This document shows, piece after piece, positions 1 through 8,420 of a DNA stretch of 64,000 nt. Where the stretch lies: the IMG/VR virus record IMGVR_UViG_3300042290_000327, positions 56,716 to 120,715 of that record; one strand, given 5' to 3'. The translations under genes and the position numbers were made by a program. The stretch is from a virus. Numbering within the stretch: position 1 is the first letter of the stretch; the number at the start of each line of letters is the position of its first letter. The notes under the pieces are model-generated. The model was not told where the DNA came from, ran no database searches, and was given only the letters and a program-made list of their open reading frames with translations.

Positions 1-46
1 AAAGCACTAACTGAATATCAGAACACTTTAATCAATCTATAAACAG

Positions 47-181
47 ATGGGTAAGATCCATTTACAGGACTTAGATCGGCTAGAGGAAGAATCTCGTCCT
101 TACCAGCCTATCAAGACCAATAGGAAGAAAAAAGTAAGTCCTATTTATAAAAAGGATAGCGACCAGTTGGATCGAAACTAA
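47..181 (+). CDS. small hypothetical protein (44 aa, not in ORF track)
   Basis: Manual translation MGKIHLQDLDRLEEESRPYQPIKTNRKKKVSPIYKKDSDQLDRN; ATG follows an upstream stop. Confidence 0.5.
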   Translation: MGKIHLQDLDRLEEESRPYQPIKTNRKKKVSPIYKKDSDQLDRN

Positions 182-201
182 ATTATTCTTATATTTAAGC
201 T

Positions 202-543
202 ATGAAAGAACTACTTTTAAAAGAAATCCAAAACGTAATTGCTGAAGCTACTAAGGTAAACTTCAAGGGTAAGCAGTTTGTACTTAAAGTAGACGTTAAC
301 GAAGATCCTAACAAAAAAGGAATTAAAGTGCAGTTTATCCCTGCCGATATGTCTCCTATCAATCCTACCGAGCAGAATGAGATTGCTATGGCATTGAGTG
401 ATAAACTCGACTCAGGCTTGAAGCAATTCGGTATGCAGGTAGAGCGGGACAGGCAGCTCAAGGACAAGTCAGTGATTGGCTTCTTTATTTACATCGAGTA
501 TGTAGACAAAATTATTCGGCAGGCATTAGGAACTCAAGCTTAA
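202..543 (+). CDS. hypothetical protein with MKELLLKE leader
   Basis: 113-aa ORF; preceded by TATTTATA (142) and an early-type promoter (166-198). Confidence 0.75.
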   Translation: MKELLLKEIQNVIAEATKVNFKGKQFVLKVDVNEDPNKKGIKVQFIPADMSPINPTEQNEIAMALSDKLDSGLKQFGMQVERDRQLKDKSVIGFFIYIEYVDKIIRQALGTQA

Positions 544-557
544 TTTAGTTTACTTTT

Positions 558-713
558 ATGAAGAAATTTTCTTTCTACAGTCTTACAGATAGTAGCCAGG
601 AGGTGATTGGGTCTACCCGAGCATTTACCCGATTAGCAGCAGCAAAAAACTTTGCCGAAAGAAAGCATTTATCGCTTAAAAATTTTCTAAGTATATTTAG
701 CGTCACAAGATGA
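558..713 (+). CDS. small hypothetical protein (51 aa, not in ORF track)
   Basis: MKKFSFYSLTDSSQEVIGSTRAFTRLAAAKNFAERKHLSLKNFLSIFSVTR; its stop overlaps the next ATG (ATGA). Confidence 0.65.
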   Translation: MKKFSFYSLTDSSQEVIGSTRAFTRLAAAKNFAERKHLSLKNFLSIFSVTR

Positions 714-1114
714 AGCCTAAAGAAATGCTTAGACAAATACTCAAGGATGTTATACCTTTGAAGTACAGAATTAAAGAGGTACCCCGAAACAGAGAAGCTA
801 TGACTAAAGAATTATTTATCGAGATAGTCAAGCTTTTAAAAGAGATTGACGACAGGACCAACTTCGTAGCATCGGAGATTGGAATGGATACAACCCAGTA
901 CGAGGATAAGTTCTTCAGGGTTATTGAGAATCTTATGCGGATTGCCTTCAACAGGGAGCAGGTATTCTTAATTGAGCTTTACTTAAATGAGATCGACTAC
1001 AACGACAAAGAGGAGTGGGATGGTAACATCTCAGTAACTGTTGAGAAGAAAGAGCAAAAGATTGCTTTCCGTACCCCGGAGGATGTCTGGGAAGCTATTC
1101 AAAAGTTTAAGTAA
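710..1114 (+). CDS. hypothetical protein
   Basis: 134-aa ORF, translationally coupled to the upstream ORF. Confidence 0.75.
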   Translation: MKPKEMLRQILKDVIPLKYRIKEVPRNREAMTKELFIEIVKLLKEIDDRTNFVASEIGMDTTQYEDKFFRVIENLMRIAFNREQVFLIELYLNEIDYNDKEEWDGNISVTVEKKEQKIAFRTPEDVWEAIQKFK

Positions 1115-1167
1115 AAAGTTGGAGACTAGTTGACTAGTTACTATCTTTAGTTAAATAAAAATAGAAT

Positions 1168-1557
1168 ATGAATAAAAGGTTTTGTAGTGTGTGTGGGGAT
1201 GAGATTAATCCCCTGCGTGTAAAAGCTCTCCCGGAGACTAAGACTTGTATTAACCACTCTACTGTGGGTGCTAAGAGAGGTCGGATTTTGACTTTAGGAG
1301 AGGGTGATCATACCTATAATGAGATTGAAATTTTAGATGAGGAGGTATACCGCCGAGTAGTAGCTTTGGAGTTTGGTGTTGATCGTTTAGCTGAAGAGAT
1401 GCCTGAGATCCAGAACTACGATGCGACTATGGTTTCTGACGATACCCGAGCCCTGAGAGAGAAAGCTGAGAAGGTGCTTGAGGATGAGGAAGACTCCAAG
1501 CTCCTTGAAGATCCTGAAGAGGTGATCGAGGAATCAGAAGAAGAAGAAGAGGAATAG
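1168..1557 (+). CDS. DksA/TraR-type zinc-finger protein with acidic tail
   Basis: CSVCGDEINPLRVKALPETKTCINH matches the C4-type DksA/TraR finger (CxxC..I...R..A.P....CxxC/H); own promoter at 1118. Confidence 0.65.
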   Translation: MNKRFCSVCGDEINPLRVKALPETKTCINHSTVGAKRGRILTLGEGDHTYNEIEILDEEVYRRVVALEFGVDRLAEEMPEIQNYDATMVSDDTRALREKAEKVLEDEEDSKLLEDPEEVIEESEEEEEE

Positions 1558-2204
1558 TGGAGGAGAAGAAGAAAGGGCGTCCTAGTAAGATTTTGCTAAG
1601 GGAGGATATCGAGCGAGCAGTTAAGATGACTAAGTCAAATAAAGCTGCAGCTCGGTACCTCCACTGCTCTTTCCCTCACTACAGAAAGTATGCTGTCCTG
1701 TATACTAATCAGGATGGTGTGACTCTCTTTGAAGCTCATAAGAATCAGGCTGGGGTAGGGATACCTAAATTTCTAACAGGTAGGGCTACTCAAGCCCCTC
1801 TAGAGCAGATCCTGGACGGAACCTTTCCTGTTGAGCATTTCAAGCCTGCGAAGATTAAAGCAGCTTTGATATCAGAAGGTTACTTAGCTGAGAGTTGCAA
1901 GAGGTGTGACTTCGGTGAGAGCAGGCTCTTAGATGGAAAGATTCCTTTGATTTTGACTTTCAAAGATAAGAATAAGCACAACTACCACCGGGATAACATC
2001 GAACTACTCTGTTACAACTGCTGCTTTCTCTATGCTGCTTCTCCTATTTCTGACGATCAGGTAGAGCAGATGGAGGATTACATTGAGATTCAGGTTAAGA
2101 ATTTTGACTGGGAGATAGATCAATCTCATATTGACCATCTGAAAGAGCTGGGGCTGTGGGAGGACAATAAGAAGCCCGGTGATGAGTTTATATCCCGGGC
2201 ATGA
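1557..2204 (+). CDS. HNH-like zinc-binding protein with possible N-terminal HTH
   Basis: CKRC...KDKNKHNYHRDNIELLCYNC resembles the HNH core (first His apparently replaced); N-terminal SNKAAARYLHCS looks HTH-like. Confidence 0.6.
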   Translation: MEEKKKGRPSKILLREDIERAVKMTKSNKAAARYLHCSFPHYRKYAVLYTNQDGVTLFEAHKNQAGVGIPKFLTGRATQAPLEQILDGTFPVEHFKPAKIKAALISEGYLAESCKRCDFGESRLLDGKIPLILTFKDKNKHNYHRDNIELLCYNCCFLYAASPISDDQVEQMEDYIEIQVKNFDWEIDQSHIDHLKELGLWEDNKKPGDEFISRA

Positions 2205-2422
2205 AAGTACCTAAGAAGAGACAGCGTCCCCAGCTCGACAGCGAGAAGAACAAGCAGTATCTTCTTAGCAAACATGCTGATAAGCTTTTAGAGCAGGATC
2301 AGAAGAATAAAAAGTTATCTGAAAAGTTGCTTAGAGGGGATATATTTACTATCTTTATCGAAGAAGAAAAAAATAAAGGTTATGAGCGAGAAGAGAGGAC
2401 TGACGGAGAAGATCAAGTTTGA
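2201..2422 (+). CDS. hypothetical protein
   Basis: ATGA overlap with the upstream stop; its 3' half overlaps the promoter of the next gene. Confidence 0.45.
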   Translation: MKVPKKRQRPQLDSEKNKQYLLSKHADKLLEQDQKNKKLSEKLLRGDIFTIFIEEEKNKGYEREERTDGEDQV

Positions 2423-2666
2423 GTTTAATACTGCTGGGGTATTAGAGATTCAGTATAATACCGGGACCTGGGGTAGAGTTACTGCGATTACTTTCCGGGC
2501 TTATGACGGACCTCGCCGGATTACCGAGCCTCAGTTTACTCAGAAGTCTAACCCTCATGTACCTATGAGGACCTATTTATACGAAGGACCTGTGTACTAC
2601 TACGGCTCTAATAAGGAGGCTGTTAAGCAGAATAATCATACTGTTCGTAATTTGTATAACAGCTAA
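2382..2666 (+). CDS. hypothetical protein
   Basis: Promoter at 2326 and aaataaaggttATG leader. Confidence 0.8.
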   Translation: MSEKRGLTEKIKFEFNTAGVLEIQYNTGTWGRVTAITFRAYDGPRRITEPQFTQKSNPHVPMRTYLYEGPVYYYGSNKEAVKQNNHTVRNLYNS

Positions 2667-2675
2667 TCAATTTAT

Positions 2676-2984
2676 ATGAGACAGTTTGTATTCGAAAACC
2701 CGCAAGAATTTAGTACTTTCTTTTCAGGAAAGAACGTAAAGATTACTAATGCTATCACCGCCGGCATCAGAGTAGCTGTCAAGGCTAGGAAGAAACACGC
2801 TGACTTATTTGAGGTTAGCTTCGAAGGAGGAGATACTGCGTACGATATCAGTTTGCCATCTACCGAATGGCCGCAGGCTTTGGCTAAATGTTTAGAGTTC
2901 TACGAGGAGTCTCAGCTCTACGATGATGCCATCGATACTTACCAGCTTATCAAGCAACTCTCAAATGAAAGAGATCTTATCTAA
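2676..2984 (+). CDS. hypothetical protein with C-terminal UVR-like helical motif
   Basis: ORF; LEFYEESQLYDDA resembles the UvrB/C-type E.YE.A motif. Confidence 0.7.
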   Translation: MRQFVFENPQEFSTFFSGKNVKITNAITAGIRVAVKARKKHADLFEVSFEGGDTAYDISLPSTEWPQALAKCLEFYEESQLYDDAIDTYQLIKQLSNERDLI

Positions 2985-3198
2985 GACCCGGCTAGACGGC
3001 TCTACTATCACCTATTTCATGTCCGATGATAAGAGGACTGTTACATCTGAACTATCTTACCCCAGGTCATTCAGGAATACCTATGAGGAGTTAGAGCATA
3101 GAAATGAAGGACTACCTAAGACCAAGCGTCAGTACATGACTGATGAAGGTAAGGTGGTAGGGTATCTTACTGCAAAAAAGTTAGGAATTATTACTTAG
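2965..3198 (+). CDS. hypothetical protein (start moved to MKEILSK)
   Basis: In-frame ATG at 2965 reduces the overlap with the upstream gene. Confidence 0.6.
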   Translation: MKEILSKTRLDGSTITYFMSDDKRTVTSELSYPRSFRNTYEELEHRNEGLPKTKRQYMTDEGKVVGYLTAKKLGIIT

Positions 3199-3258
3199 GT
3201 TAGTTGGATCTAATCAAGTTAGTTCCTATCTTTAAGTATAATTAAAAACAAAATGGTT

Positions 3259-4080
3259 ATGATGATTTCAGATAGCAAGCAAGACCGCGTAATGTCAATA
3301 GAAGATTTAAAGAAGGTAGTACCTTTTGCCTTCATTGATAAACCTACCCGAGAGGTATCAGATAAGTACGTTCACGTACCTACTAGCCGGGTGATAGAAG
3401 ACTTAATGAGTATGGGTTGGGAGCCAGTCCAGGCAGCTCAGCGCCGAGGAAGAGCCGGGAAGGTTTCGATCTTCTCCAAGCATATGATCAAGTTCCAGAA
3501 TCCTAATTTAGTTATCAAAGGTGCTCAAGGTGATGATGTATTTCCTCAGATCATTCTTACTAACTCTCATGATGGAACTCAGTCGTTTAAGTTCATGATG
3601 GGGCTATATCGCCTTGTCTGTAGCAATGGACTGGTAGTTGCTGATGAGCAGTTTGCTAACTTCAAGATCCGGCATATGGGATATAGCTTTGAAGACCTTC
3701 AGAAGCTTATCGAGACTGCAGTAGTAGCGCTACCTAAGAAGGTAGAGGTTATCAATATGATGAAGGAAGTACAGATGACGGAGGTGCAGCAGAAAGACTT
3801 CGCTATGAAGGCTTACTTGCTTCGACGTGGTATCGAGATGAGCGATGAAGTTCAGGTAGAGGATGAGGTGTTAGAGGGTATTCTTTCTAGCCGCCGGACC
3901 CAAGACCAGGGCGATGATCTGTGGCTGACCTTTAATCGCATCCAAGAAGCTATCACCCAAGGAGGATTCAAAGGAGCTTTGAACGGAGCTAAGGTACGTC
4001 AGGTGCGTAAGATTAGGTCGTTTGAGAAAGATCTTAAGATCAATCAGGACTTATTCCAGCTAGCGTTACAGTATGCGTAA
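3259..4080 (+). CDS. DUF932/DUF945-family protein
   Basis: ILTNSHDGTQSFKFMMGLYRLVCSNGLVV and LWLTFNRIQE motifs; start taken from the ggttATG leader after the promoter at 3203. Confidence 0.85.
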   Translation: MMISDSKQDRVMSIEDLKKVVPFAFIDKPTREVSDKYVHVPTSRVIEDLMSMGWEPVQAAQRRGRAGKVSIFSKHMIKFQNPNLVIKGAQGDDVFPQIILTNSHDGTQSFKFMMGLYRLVCSNGLVVADEQFANFKIRHMGYSFEDLQKLIETAVVALPKKVEVINMMKEVQMTEVQQKDFAMKAYLLRRGIEMSDEVQVEDEVLEGILSSRRTQDQGDDLWLTFNRIQEAITQGGFKGALNGAKVRQVRKIRSFEKDLKINQDLFQLALQYA

Positions 4081-4237
4081 GATAAGAGATAAGAAAGCCA
4101 CCGCACCTGTCCGTTTCGAGAGAGACGGGCAGCTGTGGGAGGTAGTCTACAAGACAGCCGATATGGCTTATGCCGTTAAGCTCAATAAGAAAGGCTCTCC
4201 GGTTGGTATCATTGAAAGGTTTTATGAGCAGGTCTAG
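4073..4237 (+). CDS. small hypothetical protein (54 aa, not in ORF track)
   Basis: MRKIRDKKATAPVRFERDGQLWEVVYKTADMAYAVKLNKKGSPVGIIERFYEQV; overlaps the DUF932 stop. Confidence 0.6.
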   Translation: MRKIRDKKATAPVRFERDGQLWEVVYKTADMAYAVKLNKKGSPVGIIERFYEQV

Positions 4238-4372
4238 GGCAGGGAGGCCGAGGGGCGAGCGGAGGGGCGTTTCCCTCTCTCGCACCGAAGGTGCCACGCG
4301 CATTCTCATCAAAAGCCCTACCGGGCTTGGAAAAATTTAGATAAAAGGATTAATAAAAAACAAATAAGAGTT

Positions 4373-4606
4373 ATGGAGTACGGAAGTATAAGATGGAGGC
4401 CGTGGGTGTGTCTGCTAAAAGATGATGAAGGTATCACGGATGTTAAGAGGTTTGATAACTTCCAGGACATGCTACAGTGGAGGTTAGAGAACATAAGGAA
4501 GGGTTTGAATGCCGTCTCTATGACAGAAGAATACTACCTCGGTCTTGAGACCGATGAACATGCGGAGTGGTGGAAGAGTGTTAAACAGTTAATTGCATCT
4601 TTATGA
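4373..4606 (+). CDS. hypothetical protein
   Basis: A-rich leader ending gttATG. Confidence 0.7.
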   Translation: MEYGSIRWRPWVCLLKDDEGITDVKRFDNFQDMLQWRLENIRKGLNAVSMTEEYYLGLETDEHAEWWKSVKQLIASL

Positions 4607-4737
4607 GTAAGAGAATACCTTTAGACCAGGACCCTGCATTCCGGGACCTTAATTGGGACCTTCCTTTGAATAAGGATTGGGATGGCACGTTACAAGACGG
4701 ACTAGAAAATGAAGAGTGGGATGATGAAGAAGAGTGA
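4603..4737 (+). CDS. small acidic protein (44 aa, not in ORF track)
   Basis: MSKRIPLDQDPAFRDLNWDLPLNKDWDGTLQDGLENEEWDDEEE; ATGA coupling. Confidence 0.6.
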   Translation: MSKRIPLDQDPAFRDLNWDLPLNKDWDGTLQDGLENEEWDDEEE

Positions 4738-4906
4738 ACAGGAGTGGGATCATTACTCGGGAATACCTTCACCGTTAGCCTACCAGAAAAGAGAGCTAGA
4801 AAAGAAGCTAGAGAGGGAGTACGATGATGATGATTCTCAGGATGATGATAGAGAGTATAACCCCGGTAAGAGGACTTACAGTGATAGCCTTGAGGATGAA
4901 GAATAA
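4721..4906 (+). CDS. small acidic hypothetical protein
   Basis: EWDHYSGIPSPLAY followed by an acidic tail; start uncertain (4709 or 4721). Confidence 0.55.
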   Translation: MMKKSEQEWDHYSGIPSPLAYQKRELEKKLEREYDDDDSQDDDREYNPGKRTYSDSLEDEE

Positions 4907-5174
4907 CTTTTTATACAAAGTACTTATGAAAGACGGCAAGAGTAAAGGACAATGGCAGGACTGGGATAAGGCATATGCAAAGACTAGGTCGGTGATATGG
5001 AGCTGTAACAAGGAAGAGCATCTGGAGGCAGGACTGAGGATGGTGATAAACTATGAGAGACTAATGCAAAACTTCGGCCCTACTTCGGTACAAGGCCGGA
5101 GGATTGGAGCCGGGACAGTTGATGATCTCCTTTCTCTCATTAGGTTAAAACGTAAGATGATTAGGAGAGGATGA
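4896..5174 (+). CDS. hypothetical protein (start moved to MKNNFLYK)
   Basis: In-frame ATG next to the upstream stop. Confidence 0.6.
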   Translation: MKNNFLYKVLMKDGKSKGQWQDWDKAYAKTRSVIWSCNKEEHLEAGLRMVINYERLMQNFGPTSVQGRRIGAGTVDDLLSLIRLKRKMIRRG

Positions 5175-5184
5175 TGAAGGGAGT

Positions 5185-5655
5185 AAACCGTAGCGTATAT
5201 AAAGATATTTGTATAGAGTGATATAAAGATATTAAGATATAAATTATGTATAAACTTAAAGCAAAGAGTGAAGTTAAAGCAAAGCTTTAATAGCTAGTAC
5301 CTGCCTCCCTCCCTTGCAACTTTTCTTCTATAGAAAATTATTATTTTTCAAACCTTAAAGTAAAGCTTTAAGTATTCAGTAAACCGTAGATAAAACCGTA
5401 GACTAGTAAACCGTATGCAGAAAACCGTCCATGCAATCATCAGTGCTTTAACCGGCAGAAAACCGTACCTACTAGGTAACCGTCCAGAGGAAACCGTACA
5501 AGGTAACCGTAGGGAGAAAATCGTAGAGAGTACCGTACAGCCGTCTGTAAGGCTGGTTATAAACCTGGAGACTGGAACAGTTAAAGTAAAGCTTTAAGGT
5601 TTTAGAAAACCGTACGGAGGTAACCGTCTGGTAAACCGTAGGGAAAAAACCGTCC
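5185..5655. repeat. AACCGT(A/C) direct-repeat array with AT-rich tract; origin or genome-end candidate
   Basis: 13 exact AACCGT at 5186, 5382, 5394, 5409, 5423, 5461, 5478, 5492, 5505, 5608, 5622, 5634, 5648 plus degenerate copies; mostly 12-17 bp apart. Confidence 0.85.
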
Positions 5656-6094
5656 TGAAAGTTGTCTCCTGCTCTAAGGGTTCGTATCTTTAGATGAAAG
5701 AAAAAGGTTATGACAAAGTTGGTAAAAGATTTGAGCGGGATAGCGCTAGTGGTGATGCTGCTAGTAGGAGGAGTTTTTGGCTGGGTCTACTCCCTAGCTA
5801 CTTTACTGTCCAGTAGAGAGGACCTGCCCGGGGTACTAAAGGCTAGCTTCAGAGGAAGCCTTATAGGAGTAGTAGCGCTAATCTACTTAGGGGTAACATA
5901 CCCAGACGCCTCTTCGGATATGTGGCTGGTGATCGCCCCGGGCTTCTGTGCTTCGGTCTGGTATCTGCTAGGGCCGGAGTTAGATAAAAAGCTAAAGGCA
6001 GGTATAGGTCTAGCCATAGCAGTAGGTGTACTAGCCTACATGGTGACTGCAGTCTAGACTTCAAGCAAAGCTTTAAGTTAAAGTAAAGCTTTAA
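5274..6094. repeat. repeated interrupted palindrome TTAAAG-YAAAG-CTTTAA
   Basis: Copies at 5274, 5355, 5581, 6060 (one mismatch) and 6078. Confidence 0.85.
5710..6057 (+). CDS. small multi-pass membrane protein
   Basis: About four hydrophobic segments; own promoter at 5661 and aaaggttATG leader. Confidence 0.7.
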   Translation: MTKLVKDLSGIALVVMLLVGGVFGWVYSLATLLSSREDLPGVLKASFRGSLIGVVALIYLGVTYPDASSDMWLVIAPGFCASVWYLLGPELDKKLKAGIGLAIAVGVLAYMVTAV

Positions 6095-6162
6095 GGTTTG
6101 AGTATAAGGTACCGGCCCGTCTACTCTTCCGCCTCTCTTCCAAGGGCAGGCCCGTCAACCAT

Positions 6163-6198
6163 CCTAAATGTACGAAAAAATCTTTTAGTGACAAACTT
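6163..6198 (-). promoter_or_regulatory. leftward early-type promoter with no downstream ORF
   Basis: Minus strand reads AGTTTG-N19-TACATTTAGG; back-to-back with the + promoter at 6205. Confidence 0.6.
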
Positions 6199-6263
6199 TA
6201 TTTTAGTTGGATTGAAAATAGTTTGTACCTATCTTTAGGTATAATTAAAAACAAACAACGGTT

Positions 6264-6419
6264 ATGTATTCATTAGATTGTAGCTATTTTAAAGCAGAAT
6301 TTGAAACATTAGAGGAATTAATAGAGTCTGTCATAATTAATGGAATGGATCCGAGTTATGAGGTAACATTTAATGGAGAAGGTACAGGAGAACAAATATT
6401 TGATTTGATTCAGATTTGA
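6264..6419 (+). CDS. small acidic early protein (51 aa, not in ORF track)
   Basis: MYSLDCSYFKAEFETLEELIESVIINGMDPSYEVTFNGEGTGEQIFDLIQI; ATG ends the repeat. Confidence 0.8.
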   Translation: MYSLDCSYFKAEFETLEELIESVIINGMDPSYEVTFNGEGTGEQIFDLIQI

Positions 6420-6477
6420 TTTGGTTACCCAAAATATAGTTCGTATATTTAGGTATAATTAAAAACAAACAACGGTT

Positions 6478-6888
6478 ATGAATAAGTTAGTAAACAATAT
6501 TGCAAATAGGGATCTTCAGGTCTTCCATAAAGAATCTACCGATATGTGCGGTAAGGGAAAATATCGGGTGATTGTAAAGTGTCAGGCCGGATTTATGACT
6601 ACCAGTACTACTGAGGCGGAATCAGCCATTGAGGTCTTTCGTCGGTATAAGTTAAAATCAGTCCATTCTATCGCTAAGGTTATAAATGATGACTTTGATT
6701 CAACGGTCTATGCCCGGGTAGGGAAGAAGATCTGGATTTCAGAAGGTCTACTAGTTGAGATTAAGGTGGGGGATATCAATCAGGATCTCTATAAGACTGC
6801 TTTGTATAGTCAGTATCAGTATAAGTCCGTCAATGCGAATTCATGGGAAAGCTACGCCTACCAGATGAATGAGGAGGTTGCTGCTTAA
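6478..6888 (+). CDS. early hypothetical protein
   Basis: Cassette ORF behind the promoter repeat. Confidence 0.85.
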   Translation: MNKLVNNIANRDLQVFHKESTDMCGKGKYRVIVKCQAGFMTTSTTEAESAIEVFRRYKLKSVHSIAKVINDDFDSTVYARVGKKIWISEGLLVEIKVGDINQDLYKTALYSQYQYKSVNANSWESYAYQMNEEVAA

Positions 6889-6963
6889 AAAAAAAGTTTA
6901 GGAGGGGGTTGGTTTAACTAACCTTCCTTCTTATCTTTAGGTATAATTAAAAAACAAACGGTT

Positions 6964-7158
6964 ATGGAATCAGTAGAAGTTAAAAATCAGACTATCAATT
7001 ATACTATCAAATTTGGTGGTAATATATATAACCTCTTCTATTACGAAGATTTAATGTCCTATTCAGAGGAATTGACTGAGGCAGTCTCAGGGTTACCGGT
7101 ATTAGATGAAGATGAATATGAGGAGGTAATGAATTTCTTTGCGGATAATCGCAAATGA
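6964..7158 (+). CDS. small acidic early protein
   Basis: Cassette ORF. Confidence 0.85.
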   Translation: MESVEVKNQTINYTIKFGGNIYNLFYYEDLMSYSEELTEAVSGLPVLDEDEYEEVMNFFADNRK

Positions 7159-7313
7159 GAATGAGTACTCAGTACCGGGTACAGGTGTATATGCAGGGTC
7201 CGGGTTATACTAACACATACCTGGTTAATAAAAAAGACTGTACAGTAGGTCTGTACATCAATGCTTACACTCCTGAAGGGGCGATAGAGAGGTACAGAAA
7301 GTTTATGAAGTAG
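7155..7313 (+). CDS. small early protein (52 aa, not in ORF track)
   Basis: MRMSTQYRVQVYMQGPGYTNTYLVNKKDCTVGLYINAYTPEGAIERYRKFMK; ATGA-coupled and fills the gap to the next repeat. Confidence 0.65.
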   Translation: MRMSTQYRVQVYMQGPGYTNTYLVNKKDCTVGLYINAYTPEGAIERYRKFMK

Positions 7314-7367
7314 TTGCTTAATTGAAATTTAGTTCGTATATTTAGATACAAATTAAAAATAAAGGTT

Positions 7368-7640
7368 ATGAAAGGCTTAGGAAGTAGTTTCAAATTTAAA
7401 ATCGGTGATAACTTAGTAACTTATGGGGGTGAGGAAGAAGTTATAGTATTAGGTGTAAAACCTAATTTAAAGGAAGCTTTAACAAATACTGAAGATCCTA
7501 TTACAGTTGAATTACTTCAGCGAGATTTAGATGAAAATTGTATAAATAAGGAAGATGAAGACAAACCATTTTATTTAGTAAAATCAGAATCCTTCCCAGG
7601 AAATAAATACTATGTAGAATCTGAATTAGAAGGAAAGTAG
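7368..7640 (+). CDS. early hypothetical protein, possibly SH3/HspQ-like beta fold
   Basis: KFKIGD...V.LGV....PFYLV....YYVESEL pattern; cassette ORF. Confidence 0.8.
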   Translation: MKGLGSSFKFKIGDNLVTYGGEEEVIVLGVKPNLKEALTNTEDPITVELLQRDLDENCINKEDEDKPFYLVKSESFPGNKYYVESELEGK

Positions 7641-7715
7641 TATGAAATAAAATAAAGGTAGTTGCTTAATTGAAATATCGTTCGTATATTTAGATACAAA
7701 TTAAAAATAAAGGTT

Positions 7716-7958
7716 ATGAATATAAAGTTAAAAGATAATGTATTTGGATTCACTTGGAATTATGAAACAGGTGAAGTAGAAGAAGTATTTACTGAGCAGC
7801 TTACTGCAAAGGAAATCCAGTTGATGGGCCGTGTTATGGGAAAAGATATCTGTTTGATACTAGAAGATGCTGATATCGAATTGGTGTTTGGTGAAGATAT
7901 CGAAACCCGGGACGACTTAGAGGAGATGGAATTAGCAGAAGTATTGGAATTTGTTTAA
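7716..7958 (+). CDS. small acidic early protein
   Basis: Cassette ORF, very D/E rich. Confidence 0.85.
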   Translation: MNIKLKDNVFGFTWNYETGEVEEVFTEQLTAKEIQLMGRVMGKDICLILEDADIELVFGEDIETRDDLEEMELAEVLEFV

Positions 7959-8033
7959 TAAAAGTTAGTTAGGGGGTTGGTTATACTGACCCTCTTTCTT
8001 ATCTTTAGGTATAATTAAAAACAAACAAAGGTT

Positions 8034-8180
8034 ATGAAGACAGTAGTAGACTACTTAGACACCCTCCCTAAATCTGTAATAGCTTCTTTTGAGGAAGATT
8101 ATGGAATAAATGGATGGGATTTGCTAATGAGTAGCACAATAGAAGAAGCAAAAGATTTATTGGAGCAATATATAAAATAA
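8034..8180 (+). CDS. small early protein (48 aa, not in ORF track)
   Basis: MKTVVDYLDTLPKSVIASFEEDYGINGWDLLMSSTIEEAKDLLEQYIK. Confidence 0.8.
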   Translation: MKTVVDYLDTLPKSVIASFEEDYGINGWDLLMSSTIEEAKDLLEQYIK

Positions 8181-8249
8181 ATTTTAGGGGAGGAAGTTGG
8201 TTCCTCCCTTTTTATTTACTATATTTAGGTATAATTAAAAACAACGGTT

Positions 8250-8360
8250 ATGGATGTACGTGATGTACTTGCTCAAAATGAATTTGGAATGGACTACGAC
8301 CAGCTAGGTCCAGGTGAGAAGGAATGGGTGAATGATGAAATTGATAACCTCCCCAGTTAG
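8250..8360 (+). CDS. small acidic early protein (36 aa, not in ORF track)
   Basis: MDVRDVLAQNEFGMDYDQLGPGEKEWVNDEIDNLPS. Confidence 0.8.
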   Translation: MDVRDVLAQNEFGMDYDQLGPGEKEWVNDEIDNLPS

Positions 8361-8420
8361 TAGTAGTATCCTACCAGTATAGTTCGTATCTTTAGGTATA
8401 ATTAAAAACAAACAAAGGTT

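Noticed and set aside
5415-5597. 60-aa ORF in the track
   Set aside because: It lies wholly in the AACCGT repeat array and lacks the promoter/leader seen on real neighbours; probably a chance open frame
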